Position numbers and translations under genes: made by a program
From: Klebsormidium nitens
Lineage: Eukaryota; Plantae; Klebsormidiophyceae
Direction: 5' to 3'
Assembly (NCBI GenBank): GCA_000708835.1
Contig: DF237028.1
Location: 124,001 to 188,000 of the forward strand
DNA length: 64,000 bases
Shown here: piece after piece, positions 11,701 through 23,731 of the stretch
Layout: the number at the start of each line of letters is the position of its first letter
How positions within the stretch are numbered: the first letter of the stretch is position 1
Notes under the pieces: model-generated
Seen by the model: the letters and a program-made list of their open reading frames with translations, nothing else
What the model was told of the DNA's origin: nothing
Databases searched by the model: none

Positions 11701-14310
11701 AGGAAGGCGAGGCAGCGCGCCGCTGCCGTCACTGTCTCCGGAAGCTCTGTCTCTTCGACGGGGGAGGGGTTTGTAATGTTGACACTACTTGCTGGACTCC
11801 CGGTTACAATCGCCGGGAGCTTTACTGGAAGCTGGCTATTCACACTATCTACAGGCTGTAAGATATGTACAGTATCTACAGGGTTATGTACAGGGGTGTC
11901 AATGCCCCCCTTGCTGGCGCTGTTATCTACAAGCTCGAATCCGGCGGGGGTGAGCTCTGGGTAAGACTCTCTAGGCTTCCCTGAGGCGCTTGGGCTGCTG
12001 GCCGCGGCCTTGCTGGAGCCCGGGATGCTTAGAAGGTTCGGCAGGAAGCCGCAGGCCATGCTCGACAGCGAGAACCGTCTGGGCGACTTTTTCGCCCCCG
12101 CTTCTCCGGCCTCGGGGGTATGTACAACGGCCAGAGTCGTGGGTTTGGGGCTTGGGTTATAGGGGGTTTGTGTGGGGGTCTCGGCTGCCCGAATGCCTTC
12201 CAATCTGGCGCCGTTTGACACGGCTCGCAGGAGGAGCGGCATGAGATTCGCGCCGTGCTGGCTCAGGAGCTCTGCCTTTGCGGTTCGGTTCTGACAGCTG
12301 GCGCCAAGGATGCGGGCCAAGCAGCCGAGGGCGACGGATCGCGCCAGCTGAGCGAAGAGAGGAATGCAGGCCTGAACGCCGGCGGACTCGCATGGAGCTT
12401 CCGCCATAGCCTGAAATCAAGGAAGATTGTTGCGTGAGCGGTGCGGAATTGTCTCTTACTTGGAAGCCCTGTTCAATGCGTACAACTTGCGTTGTTTTCA
12501 AACGTTCTGGTACTGAGATCACGTGACAGTCCTTCACACATATGACCGCATGTAGATCAATCCTTAAACGACTTGAACAGGGAAAAGCCGGCAGTGCACA
12601 TTCGCTTGTAGTCTCGAGGGGGAACTTTGCTCGAATCGGCCTTGGGGTTATTCTACAGTTCAACGGCTCGTCAGGAGGTTTCGAGACGCCAGGCACTCCT
12701 CGCAAATCACGACATAGCCATCTGACAAGGAATGCTGCCGGCTTCTACTGGCTGGCCAACTGGCCCTCAACGTTGACAATTTTGCAGACACTCACCGGTC
12801 CAAACTGGCGCCGCAGGAATGCAAGTGTGGCTGGCGCGTCCACTCCTGCCAGCTCCTCGTGCACTCCCTCAATCGAGGTTTCCGCCAGCCTGAGCAGTCC
12901 CTCAATCAAGCTCCCCCCCTCTCTCTTTGCCCCACCTTCGGCGGCAAGCACTTTCGGGCGGGGGCCGTGCGATGGCAGACTCTCCTTCTTCCCTCTCTTT
13001 TGAGGGCCAACTGTCCGGGGGCTTAGGACTGCCGGGTTCTCCAGAGCAGCCTTCTTCTTAAGCTGGGGTTGAGAGAAGGTTTGGACGAGCGCCGAAAGGG
13101 TGAGTCCGGGACTATCCCACGCAACTGCCACCGCAATGGAGAGAGCGGAGGCGGCATGGATGCGAATCACCAGGGGGGCCACGTGCAAGAGTTGGGCCAG
13201 AGTGGCGAGGTGGCCCCCTGCTGCAAAGTTGACTGGGTTCTCCCTGCAAGGTCATAGTCTGAGTGTGAGCACAGCACTTCTGAGAGCGTTGTGAAAAATG
13301 TCGAGGAGGCGTCCTTCTTTCTTGGAACTTCCTGGGCCCAGAATGCCAGTGGCCTTGCCACTACACACAACAAGCGCAAAAACTCATGCTCTCAACAGCA
13401 GCGATAAAAGGTTCCGGGGCTTTGATAGAGACCCACATGTCCAACACATGATCCAGACTTGCTGCGTGCAACCTCTAAGCATGAAGCATCGTACTGTGGC
13501 CGACCCGAACCAATCCTGACCTGATGTGGAACAGATACGTCAGTATCTGGGCTGCGCCAGACGCGACAGCCGGCGCCTCTGCCTTCAGCAGTTGGCCCAT
13601 AGCGTCCACCGCCCCCGCCTGCGAAAGGTCCGCTACTAGTTCCTGAGCGGTCAGGGCCTGACCTCCGGGAACCAGCTCAGAAGACTCGTGGCCTGCGAGG
13701 AACTCAAGCGCTCCAGCGAGTCTGCAAGGGAATAAGCTGGGGGTTAAGCGCGGCCGGAAGGACAGCGATAGAAGGGACCAAGTAATAATCGCTGCATCTG
13801 GCCCCACATTTCTGATGCTCCAGTACTTGCAACTTGACTTAAACATTTCAGCTGCAAAAGGAGAGCCCAGGTATTTAAAGTCAGTGGCGTCATTGGAGCA
13901 GTGGCGTCCCAACGGCATAGACCAACGCTAACGTATGTCAAGAATAGCTTTCAACATTGGCTAAACAGTGCATGCTCCAAAGCACAGCCGCTCACGTAGA
14001 GAAGGATGCCCGCTGCTGACAAGGAACAGCCCAATGGTGGCAGCATTGCATCCCAAGTTGTCCAAATTGTTGAGTAGCCCTTTCTAATCCTTTTAAACCA
14101 TCAAAACAGTAGCTCCAAACCACAAACCGGGGCTACTCACGCTGACAGCCAGGCGACAGTCATTCCGTCACTGCCATCCCCCGGCGCCACTTTCCCAGTG
14201 CCCTTCTTGGCATTCTTCGCCCCGCTCGCTTGCACAGGCGGACTTGCAAGCGACAGCATCACAGATCTGAGCTTCTTGCGGCGCCGCTTCTCAGTCTTTT
14301 CTCCCAGGAC
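8777..14310 (-). CDS. ARM-like repeat protein with C-terminal TPR domain (5' end unresolved)
   Basis: In-frame exons at about 14310-14139, 13720-13522, 13360-13279, 13220-12800, 12410-11577, 11186-10948, 10372-9962, 9529-9417 and 8992-8777. C-terminal TPRs: IEATKQRGNEALNKGDHEYARWCYNLAL and HILWSNRAEACLRAGRFVEALHDVDQALVIDPGHLKSILRR. Ala/Leu-rich helical ARM-like segments (LSQAGAVDAMGQLLKAEAPAVASGAAQILTYL, GGHLATLAQLLHVAPLVIRIHAASALS) are interrupted by Pro/Ser-rich linkers. Confidence 0.75.
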
Positions 14311-14705
14311 CTGCGAGAAACAGGAGAGCAGCTCAATCTCAGAAGCTGGTAATATGTGCTCTCAGAATGAAGGGAGCAAAGATGGGCACCCTATGGGCAA
14401 ATGCATTATTGTCTTGGTAAGCCAGCAGCTTGGTTGTGAAACTGACTGCATTGGATACTTCAAGCAGGTAATGAAAGTGCACAATGTGGCCATGCAGACC
14501 CTAAAGACCCAACTAAACAAGCGACTTGGATTTGCATCTGGAATGGTGGGAAATACTTTTCTAGAAGCCCGATTGAGCTGCAGCTTTGCTTCTCATGCAT
14601 TGACCTCTCTAAGTGCGCAAGGCCTTCAGCTTAAAAGTCAAGCTGTTGCGTAACATTTCTGCTTCCCATGGGTCACATTTGTTGGAGCATTTCCCAATGA
14701 CGTTA

Positions 14706-15989
14706 CCTTTTTGGGCAGCCCAGCTCCAAGATATATGGCCCACTTCATTGACATTGTGTCCCCCCAACCAGTTGCCTCATCAGCCATGGTTTCACCGAAT
14801 ATGACCGCACCAAAAAAGTATCCCTTAGTCTCACAACACACAATGTATGGCCAGATCAGGCTATACATGCACCAATGTGGGCAATAGAGGTCACCAATGA
14901 CAAAAAAAGAGGATGAAATGTTGGCCACTGCTCATCTTTGAGATTCAAGACACGTCATTTGGCCCCAGATCTAGCATTATTGATTTACTGCGAGCTCTTT
15001 TTTGGAAAGTGACGTTCGATGACTGCTCATTAAGTGAGTAACCAGTCTATAGGAGGTCTGGGCATGTGAGTTGCTTACCTGAGAAATGGAGGGCATCGCT
15101 AGCTTGCCAGACAGAGATGCAGAGCACTGACATCTTGCGCCATGATCCATACTGTACACCAAGGGCAGACCGATGTCCAGTCTTATTCTGCTCGTCTGCT
15201 CAGCTGAACACCAGATCCTCTCTGTGCTTGACAAATAGGCTGTACAGAACCAAAAGCAGGACTGATTGCAGCCTCCTTGATCAATCTGGGTATTTCTAAG
15301 TGGAGAGCTTTGAAAAGTTCCTTATTATTTCAGGATCAATGTATGTACAAAGTGAGGATCTGATCAACCTATTGACCAGGATCTAAAGAAAGGGGCACAG
15401 CTTGTTTACTTAGTCTACAGGATTTTGGTGCGTCTGGATTATGTTTGCATGGACTCCAGGAAAAGACAATTCTTGGTAAATATGCACCCTCTATCTCTTA
15501 AAAGAACAATGGGGCGATGTCGTAAGGCAAACGGATCTCTCTTTGAGTAGGAGCTTGCTCAAGCCTAAATCTTGGGCCGCTGTGCAGCTCCTTTCGTAGA
15601 TCTGACCGTCAGTCGGAAAGTGTGTAGCCAAGGTCCTGCATTCTCCAGAATGTTTGAGTGGTTTTGACAATGTGATGCATCCGGACTCTGGGATCTCAGT
15701 AGGAGGCGGCCGTTGAGCAGAATCAGGGAATCCAAAACAGAAATGAGCAGCGGTGCTTCTGAATCTTCTCTCCTTTCCAACTTTCAAACAGGTCGGGAAG
15801 TATTGAATCTGATGTGCTGGAGCTGCCCCAAGCCTGTGCGGCACACACTGTGCCTGACTGGGGTGCTCCGTACGTGTGTGCATGCAACCGCCAGCAACGT
15901 TTCTGACTCACAGAGAAGCATGCCTGAGTCGGCACCGTGCTCGTGAATGTGTACATCTGTACACCGAATTTGACGGCTGGGTTCGACAT
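14706..15989 (-). CDS. Putative 5' exons of the ARM/TPR gene
   Basis: Candidate start MSNPAVKFGVQMYTFTSTVPTQACFS is followed by a GTGAGT donor. Candidate exons near 15238-15079 and 14815-14706 end in GTAAGC and GTAACG donors. Phases were not fully reconciled. Confidence 0.3.
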
Positions 15990-16399
15990 GGCAGGAGTGC
16001 GAGCGTCTCGCAGCCGTCGATAGCTTCTGTGGTCCGAGTTTAAATTTCAAACTTGAAGTTGCAGCGGCGGTCGTTGATTGCGAATGATACCGTGCACATG
16101 CTTCTTTGACACTAGCAAGATTTTTCAGGCGAGCGACTATACACAAGACATAAGCTGTGTCAGAGTTCGGCCGGCACGTTCGTAATTCGGCTAGATCGTG
16201 CACCACTCGAGCAAACAGACGGCTCAGATTGGTCAAATCTACCACGTGGAAGGACCGGTCTCTACAAGAAGCATTGGCCCAGACCGGTACCGTACCGCAG
16301 TGTGCATCGCAGGTGCCATTTTGCCGATTGAGGTGCATTTGCCTGCACGGTGCTGCACATGGCTCTCAATCTACCGTACCGTAGTTCCCAGCTTATGAG

Positions 16400-16889
16400 C
16401 AGTGTTTCCCCTGATTATTTTAATTGCTGGCCGCCCGGCCGGCCGGGGCCTGAGTTTGCCGGCCCGTTGGGCCGGGCCGAGGTCGCCATTGCCGGCCCAA
16501 GTCCCGGCAAAATATATGGAATTTCCTCGCGCGCGCACCCCATATATTCGACTTTACAATACTTTCATAAGTCTCTAGCTTATCTACGTGTAAAATTATC
16601 GACCAACTTCCTACCTGTCCTACCGAAGGGATCATTGAGGGATACTGCTGGCCAGAAGTCACCGAGGGAAGGTTTTTTTCGACAAAAACCTTTAAATGTC
16701 CTGAAATCCTGATCGTTTACACACGGAATACGATGACAGGGCCAGCTATGAACTTTCATTGCCGGCCCAAGAGGCCGGCCCGTGCCCGGCAATGCCGGCC
16801 GGATGGGCCGGAGGCCGGCCCCCATTGCCGGCCCGGTTTGACCATTGCCGGCCATTTTACCAGAGAGTGGGCCGGCAGGGGAAACACTG
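16400..16889. mobile_element. Non-autonomous hAT-type DNA transposon (MITE), 490 bp
   Basis: Perfect 14-bp TIRs CAGTGTTTCCCCTG (16400-16413) and CAGGGGAAACACTG (16876-16889). Identical 8-bp TSD CTTATGAG at 16392-16399 and 16890-16897. Clustered subterminal (ATT)GCCGGCC(C) repeats at both ends. No transposase ORF. An 8-bp TSD and CAG-type TIR start are typical of hAT elements. Confidence 0.92.
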
Positions 16890-17498
16890 CTTATGAGTCA
16901 TGATGCTGGTTCGAGTACCATCACATCTCCAAACTTCTCAATTTCATTTAGTCCTACCCACTCAAATTTCCACAGAGAAAAGGCGGAGGCGTTGCCGTGG
17001 CCTCTGCGTAATGTCTAATTGTAGGCTTTGGTAGCCACATAGCTTCTCCACTTCTCCAAAAGTTTTGAAATTGGGGTGATTATCTATCAGGCAAGTCTTG
17101 CCACCACTTATTGCTTGAAGGCATTGCATGATGGCGGTCGCCTGCTTCCAATTATGTCATGTGAATCTTTTGCCTTTGCAAACCCCTCACTTCAGCAATT
17201 TGTGTTTTCAGATGGGCCTTCAAGCTCTTTGGGGTCACCCATGATTATGGAGGCTGTCGTCATAGAGCATTGACAGCTGTCTCTGGATCCATTGATCTGA
17301 CTAAAATCGGACGGAGGAACACCACTTTTCCTTCTGCTTTCAGAGCACCGGCTTTCTGAAATGGACCCCAGTGGTGTTGTATAGCTTGTGGTTTACCGGA
17401 AGGGGCTGCCGCTCTTTGTTTTCAGCGCACTTCAAGTGATTCAAGAGAAGTACTCAAAACTATCAGTTGGCTTTTGCAGGTCTCTATACAAGGTTCTG

Positions 17499-20400
17499 AT
17501 GGCGCGAGGGGCGCTTCTGCAGCTGCTGTCAGCTATAGTGCTGATGGCCGCCTTTGTTTCCGGCCACCAGCTGTGCACAAACCTTGGTGAGATTGATATT
17601 GCCTGATGCGCTATATTGTGGTTCGCTGCATCTCCAGTAAGGTCTGTGTCCACCACCAAAGTGGATACAGCTACACGAAGTGCAATGCCCCCTTCTCCCA
17701 TCTACCCTGCAACACCAGCTGCTTGGTTACTTGGTTCTCAGTTCCTACAGGCAGCTTGCCCCATAGCGCTTTGAAGGGGCCACAAACACGCTCGCTCGTC
17801 ATCTGGACTCGTCACTGCTCACCTAATCTCCGTGACAGTACATCAAAGCAAAGTGAGAACCAGATTGCACCACAAGATCTGATGAGGCACTCCCCTGTTT
17901 AGCAGCTCATGACTGTCATTCTGGCATCTTCTTGCAGAGGGCCCCACCAAGCCCAGCGCCCCGCTGACATTTTGCAGCGCTCCTGCGTATCCCTCCCTGG
18001 GGTGCTGCTCTCCCTCTTCTGACCAGCAGATCCAGGCGTACTTCACGTCCCTCAATGTCACCGACGCACAGTGCTCCGCCGTGTTGCAACAGCTGCTCTG
18101 TGCGGTGAGTTGCCGAGCCACCACTTTGGGATTCAAACATGTGCTTCAGATTTCGGGTGCTCGCTAACCTGACACATGTTGTAGGCTTGAGCTACTCTTT
18201 CAGGATGCACGTCTTGTGGATCTCTGGAGAAGCCCAGGTTATACTAAAGGTGGTGATGTTGAAGATAACAGTAAAGCAGGTTTATTGGCTGATCTTGTAT
18301 GAAAGAGCTCAGATTTTGGTTTTTAGTTTTCCATCACAAGATCACAACATGCTTGCGACTACGATATGTTGCCTGCAGCAATGCGATCCGTGGGCCTCGC
18401 ACCTGCTTGGAGTCGAGCAGAACTCCCCGCGGGTCATCCCGTACCTCTGCAACACCACAAGTGGCAGCACCACCAGCTACTGTGCACAGGTATGCACTTG
18501 ATTCAAAAGTAGACTGCCTGACAGGGTATTTGTAACCCCCGATCACACAACTTCGAAGCGGTTTCCCTTTTCGAGTGCTTTTATACATAAGTCGCTGAAG
18601 GTTTGTTGGAAGGATCAGATGGTCTGTAGGCATTCACTCATCAGGGGTGGGAGGCAAAGGTCCCAACTTGACCGTCCTGCCGCATGTCCCAGCGAGGAGA
18701 GTGTCAGGCAATCTCTTCGTTCACAGGTAAACCAGAGGGTCCCTCTGGACCGTTGTGCCAGTAGACTTGCATACATTGCGTTGAGCTATGGCTTGCCTAT
18801 GAATGGAACCATTTGGCTCCTGTGCAGGTGTACTCAGCTTGTGCCTCAGTCCCCATTGCTAACAGTCCCTTCGCCCAAACTCCGGGAGCGGGCCTCAACG
18901 CCCTCCCTATCGCCTCCTCCACTCCCACCACGCTGTCAGACCTGTTTCCCAGCCAAGCCGCGTTTTGCAACGCCTTCTCAGCAAGCAGCTTCTGCTATGA
19001 TGGCGCCCCGTATGTGCTCCCTCCCCCCAGTCCGGCCAATGCTACGAGTGGCATGTGCGTCGAGAAGATTGGGACGGGCACGTATATCAACATGGCAGCC
19101 ATTCCAGGATCGTCGAATCTGGCGTTGGTGGCCTCGCAGTATGGCAGGGTAAGCCCCGAGGTGCTCTTTGTTCATGTAATATTCAGTCTCCCAATCTCAT
19201 TGCTCGGATTGCACAATCTTGATCACCGTTGCTTCCGAGGGAATCTGGGCTGAACGCGACCATCCAATGAGCTAGTCACCCGGGGTCCTCTTTTGCTTCT
19301 GGAGGGCTTTTGGCCCGGGGATACTTTCTTGAGATTTTGATTCAGATGATTTCACCTGGCTACACCTTGAATCCAATCGACCAGTGCCTTACCATCTCCG
19401 AGGCTCCTGCGCCCTTGTGAATTGAGTTTGACACCCTCACACCGTCTGCAGATCCGCCTGGTCACTCTGCCAGCTGCCGGCAGTGGTCTCAACATGACTG
19501 GCGAGAGCGGGACCCCTTTCCTGGACCTCTCTCAGAAGATCCTGGCAGGCGGGGAGAACGGTCTGATCGGCCTTACGGTGCACCCGAACTACACCACGAA
19601 CGGGAAGTTCTACGTCACTTACACTTGCAACTCGGTGAGGAAAACTTGCACTCTCAGTCGGTGTGGCATTCTTTTGCCAATGTTTCGGCGAGATACCCTG
19701 AATTCGACAGACCCTTTTTCTTGATAAGCTTCAGTGCAGGCGCACCTTGTACTTAAGTTGTTCACGAACAGCCGTTCCCTTTTCCGCTCTCTTCGATTCG
19801 CCCTGCCGCAAGGTTTGCGCCGTATCTTCTGTCCACTGTATGACCTTCTCTAAAATGTGCAAATCGAGTTTCTGCCCTCACGCCCTCCTGCATGCCGTAT
19901 CGGCAAAGGTTTTCACCACTCTTCTGTGTGAAAACTCCTTTTCGTTCATCCTGAGGTTTCAATGGGCGCGAGCAGGATTTATCGTCCGTTTCACACAAGA
20001 GCTGTTTTTGGTTCTTTCCACACTGGAAACGGTTAAAAATGACCTTCTCTTCATGAATTCATAGTTTCGCCGTGTTACAGTCGGGGTCAGACTTAGTTTC
20101 AAACTTTTCACACTGACCCCAAACTCTCAATAATAATTGAATTCATTGTGTAATTTTCGTCCACGCTCCAGGTTCGCCATGTGGATTCTGCATTTTGCAC
20201 TTCGATCCCGCGCCTCTCGTTCGCTCCAATCGATAACTCTGCCTACCACTCACTGCGGTCCTTCCTATCCCCGCAGACCCTCCACCCCGACTGCGCAGCC
20301 CCCTGTGAGTGCGATCCCACGCGCACTGCGTGTGACCCCTCCCAGCTCCCGGTCGGTAGCTGCACGCAATCCACAGTCATTGCCGAATACACCGCGCCCA

Positions 20401-22695
20401 ATCCCTTGACGGGTCCTTCCAACCCCACGGAAACCCGGCGAATCCTTACCCTCTCAAAACCGTATGCAAACAATAACGGCGGGCAGCTGCTGTTCGGCCC
20501 GGACGGGTACCTGTACAGCCCACTTGGAGACGGAGGAGGGTAAGTCCTGCGGCTGTATGGTTGGTGAAATTGCGGTACGGGGTTAACGCTTCGAATGGCT
20601 CCTGTTGTCACTTGCTTTCGTTCTCTCGATGCAAGTCGGGTCGAGGCCTGAGAAGGTCTATGACACGGTCTCCATGCGACGCTCTTACGTTCGTTAAGTA
20701 TCCGTTACGGCCGCGCTGGCTGCTAAGGTTTCGATTATGTCAGTCGCCGTTGCTTTCACCTGTGCAAATCCAATCCCTGTCCGTAGTTCCGGTAAGATCC
20801 TGCTATATTGAATGTAAGAATGCAATTCCGTGGTCGAGCAACCCCTTTTCCCATCCGGGGTTTCCGCACGAGCCAAGTTGGGCCTTGTCAATAAGATGCA
20901 TTGAACCCTTGCTTCTTCATACCTACAGCTCCGGCGATCCCTGGAACTTCGCTCAGACTAGGAACACCGTTCTTGGCAAGGTCATCCGCATTGACGTCAA
21001 CACCACTGCGTCAAACCCGGGTTACGTCATCCCGCCCACTAACCCGTACTATAACCAGACGGGCGCGGCACAGGAGGTGTTTGCGACGGGGTTCAAAAAC
21101 CCGTGGCGGTGCAATTTTGACAGCGCACGGCCGACCTACTTGTTCTGCGGGGACGTAGGCCAGGTATGGGCTGCTTTCGAACAGACTTTTCTTCCTTGGA
21201 AAATGAATCTAATCTCAGAATTTGAGGTGGTCGGAGCATATATATTGACTGGAGACGCTGGTATTTGAAAAGATTTTCCGCATGGTTTGGCTTCATCCAC
21301 GTTTTAGAAAACTTTTGAAGATAAGCGTGTGTCGAGAAGCGTCAACAGACTAGCCGCTTCTTTGCGTTTCGTTATGTTGCATGAGGTCTAACATCGTTCG
21401 GTCGGGAATGCTTTCCAGGACATATCCAGGTCCGTTTTGGAATTGCCGTCTGCTTAGATTTAGCAGCGGGTCGCGCTCCCTCTTCCGTCTCCCGCTCCCT
21501 TTTCCCCCCCTATTTTTCGAATTCTATCAATGCTCTGCTGTCCATCCCTTTTGTGTGGACTCTACTACTTCTTGTCTTGCCTACACAATAAAAGTGTGTT
21601 TGAGAAAGTCTCGCTTTGATTCGTCGTCAACTCTGAACCGGTAGATCCAGGCATCTCGAGTGCGCACCGAGCATCTAGAGTGTCTAAAAGCTTTTTTCAA
21701 TCCGTGCAGACCCGATACGAGGAGGTCAACCTGGTAACCAAGGGCGGCAACTACGGCTGGCGCACTTTCGAGGGCCCGACTCTGTACACGTCCTCGGTGA
21801 CTCCCCCCGGGGGAACGACCCCCCCTTCCGCAATCAGCGTCACTCCGCCCGTCATGTCCTACACTCACGACCTGAACCCCTCCGACAGCGCGTCCATAAC
21901 GGGGGGCTACGTATACCGGGGGGCGAGCGACACGTGTAACTACGGGAGGTGAGGCTGCATTGCGGATTCGAAGAGGAGGAGGCTGGTCTCTCGGGGACAG
22001 GCAGGGCTCTTAGCGGGATATGAGACGCTCGACTGCTCAATCTGAGAGTTCGAAAAGCGCATTCTGACGAGAGACGCCGACAGCACTCCACCACTAGTTT
22101 AGCTGATTGCGTCAAAGGTGCGAATGGCCGCGGTCGGCGGTCGCTTCCATAGATCCGGTTGAAAACCCGGGCAACTGTCACAAACATGTCAGCTTACATA
22201 ACGCTCTCCCATAATCCTGCAAAGATGCTGCGTTGCGTCAAGACGTTGGTGGCCCGCATCAGACGCAGTCCCCCTTCTTGCAGGTACATCTTTGCTGACC
22301 TGTACGGCAAGGGCTTTACTGGGCTCGAGTCCCCAGCCGACAGCGGCAACTTCACCATGGCCCGCATGTCGTTCTTGTGTGCGGGGGCCGCATCGCCAAT
22401 GACTTGCGGGTTGAAGGGCCAAGACCTCACCAACGACTTGCAATACATCTTTTCGTTTGGGGAGGACATCAACCGGGACATGTACCTGCTGACGTTGGCG
22501 GGCGTCTTCCGAGTGACGTCAGGCGACAAGTGCGGGATCACGTCATGCTCACAAAACGTGTTGAACGGCACTGCGCAAGCCGCGCCGGCCCCAGCTCTTG
22601 CTCCTACACCTTTGGGTGGGGGCGGTGCCTCTACAGATCCGCAAGTCATGTCGCTCGTGATTCTGTTCTTATCGTTGATTGCGGTGACACTGTAA
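17499..22695 (+). CDS. HIPL1: HIPL1-like protein (glucose/sorbosone dehydrogenase beta-propeller, secreted, probably GPI-anchored)
   Basis: Exons 17499-17586, 17938-18104, 18379-18489, 18828-19148, 19452-19634, 20277-20539, 20929-21163, 21710-21948 and 22284-22695. Signal peptide MARGALLQLLSAIVLMAAFVSG, then a Cys-rich N-domain. Motifs NNGGQLLFGPDGYLYSPLGDGGG, LGKVIRIDV, GFKNPWRCNFD, GGNYGWRTFEG, SITGGYVYRG and YIFSFGEDINRDMYLLT. Hydrophobic C-terminal tail. Confidence 0.93.
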
Positions 22696-22859
22696 GGCTG
22701 TCACACCTTGAGCGGATAATCTATTGCCTAAGATGAAAAGCTGCGGGTCAAGGATGAGGAACATTGAGTCTCCACGTAGGAAAGTGTCTTCAACAAACGC
22801 TGTTTAGATTAGCATCAATTATGTAGCTGAAACCGTCTGCAGTACATTCTGCAACAGGC

Positions 22860-23700
22860 TTAGTGCACGCCCAGGCCATGCGACATGGCTTTGTTACAGC
22901 ATCGCATTCGTCTACAATTCGACATACTTGACTGCAGACCGCCGCCGCACGTTTTGATTGGCGCAATTAATGATCAAATGATGTGCGGCTGGGCACTTTA
23001 CATAGTATATAAGTGATTCGATTGCATGCTCAACGGTTGGTATGCTTAGCTATTGATCCAGCGGATCGGTTACGCAGTACCTAGGTATCTCATGTGTGCG
23101 CTAACTGGCGGCCATATATAAGCATGGGCCTACTCAATCCGGATTGAATACACATTGAATCTACACGGCCGACGTTTTTCTGACTCATTAAATTGTGCGA
23201 CTAGCTCTACTGTACTATTTAATGTGCATGTTTATGCCGGACGGTGGACCTATCTGCTTTAGTTTTTAGATATTGCATACCGTATGTATACTGAAAAATG
23301 GATAGCCCAGCCTATGTACTGAGAAACATGCAAAGCCCAGCCTATGTGCTATATAATAAATGGCACCGTCGCTGGGTACACATCTGCGTGGTCTATTAGT
23401 ATACCTTTACAATTCTTATCCAAAGTGATTGAAGTCCATGAGTCACGCGTGCAGTTTGTTTGTTATCAAAAAATTGCTCGCAGCTAGTGAGCTGCTAGCG
23501 CGTTGCGGGTCACTCTAGCTGAGCGGCAGCCCCATGTCCTCAGCACCTCTGATTCGATACGTAAGATCTGCAGCCTACTACTCGGATGCTGCGCCGCGCA
23601 GGTTTGCAATTGGGAAGTCGTGCTAAGCCTTGGGCGCCGTGCCCTCGCTAGCTAGTATCCGACGATGGAGCTTACTGGTATTCAGCTTAGGCACTGAATC
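22860..23700. other. Palindrome-rich convergent spacer between HIPL1 and DUF218
   Basis: No ORF of 60 aa or more. Dense CTAG, AGCT, CATG, TATA and GCGC. Perfect 14-bp palindrome TCAATCCGGATTGA at 23134-23147. Direct repeat AGCCCAGCCTATGT twice with 30-bp spacing near 23304-23347. Confidence 0.6.
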
Positions 23701-23731
23701 AGAAGAATCGCGGCAACTCATACTCGTAATC

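Noticed and set aside
11840-11930. Short repeats CCTGTAGATA in the ARM/TPR gene (PVD..PVD)
   Set aside because: In-frame micro-duplications in a low-complexity linker, which is ordinary for disordered regions.
15784-16338. 184-aa minus-strand ORF upstream of the ARM/TPR gene
   Set aside because: It starts at a non-ATG codon, has no recognisable motif, and overlaps a better ATG-plus-donor candidate in another frame. Likely promoter or UTR sequence.
16902-16925. GGTTCGAGT motif in a small hairpin next to the MITE
   Set aside because: No closing G-C pair for a T-loop and no cloverleaf.
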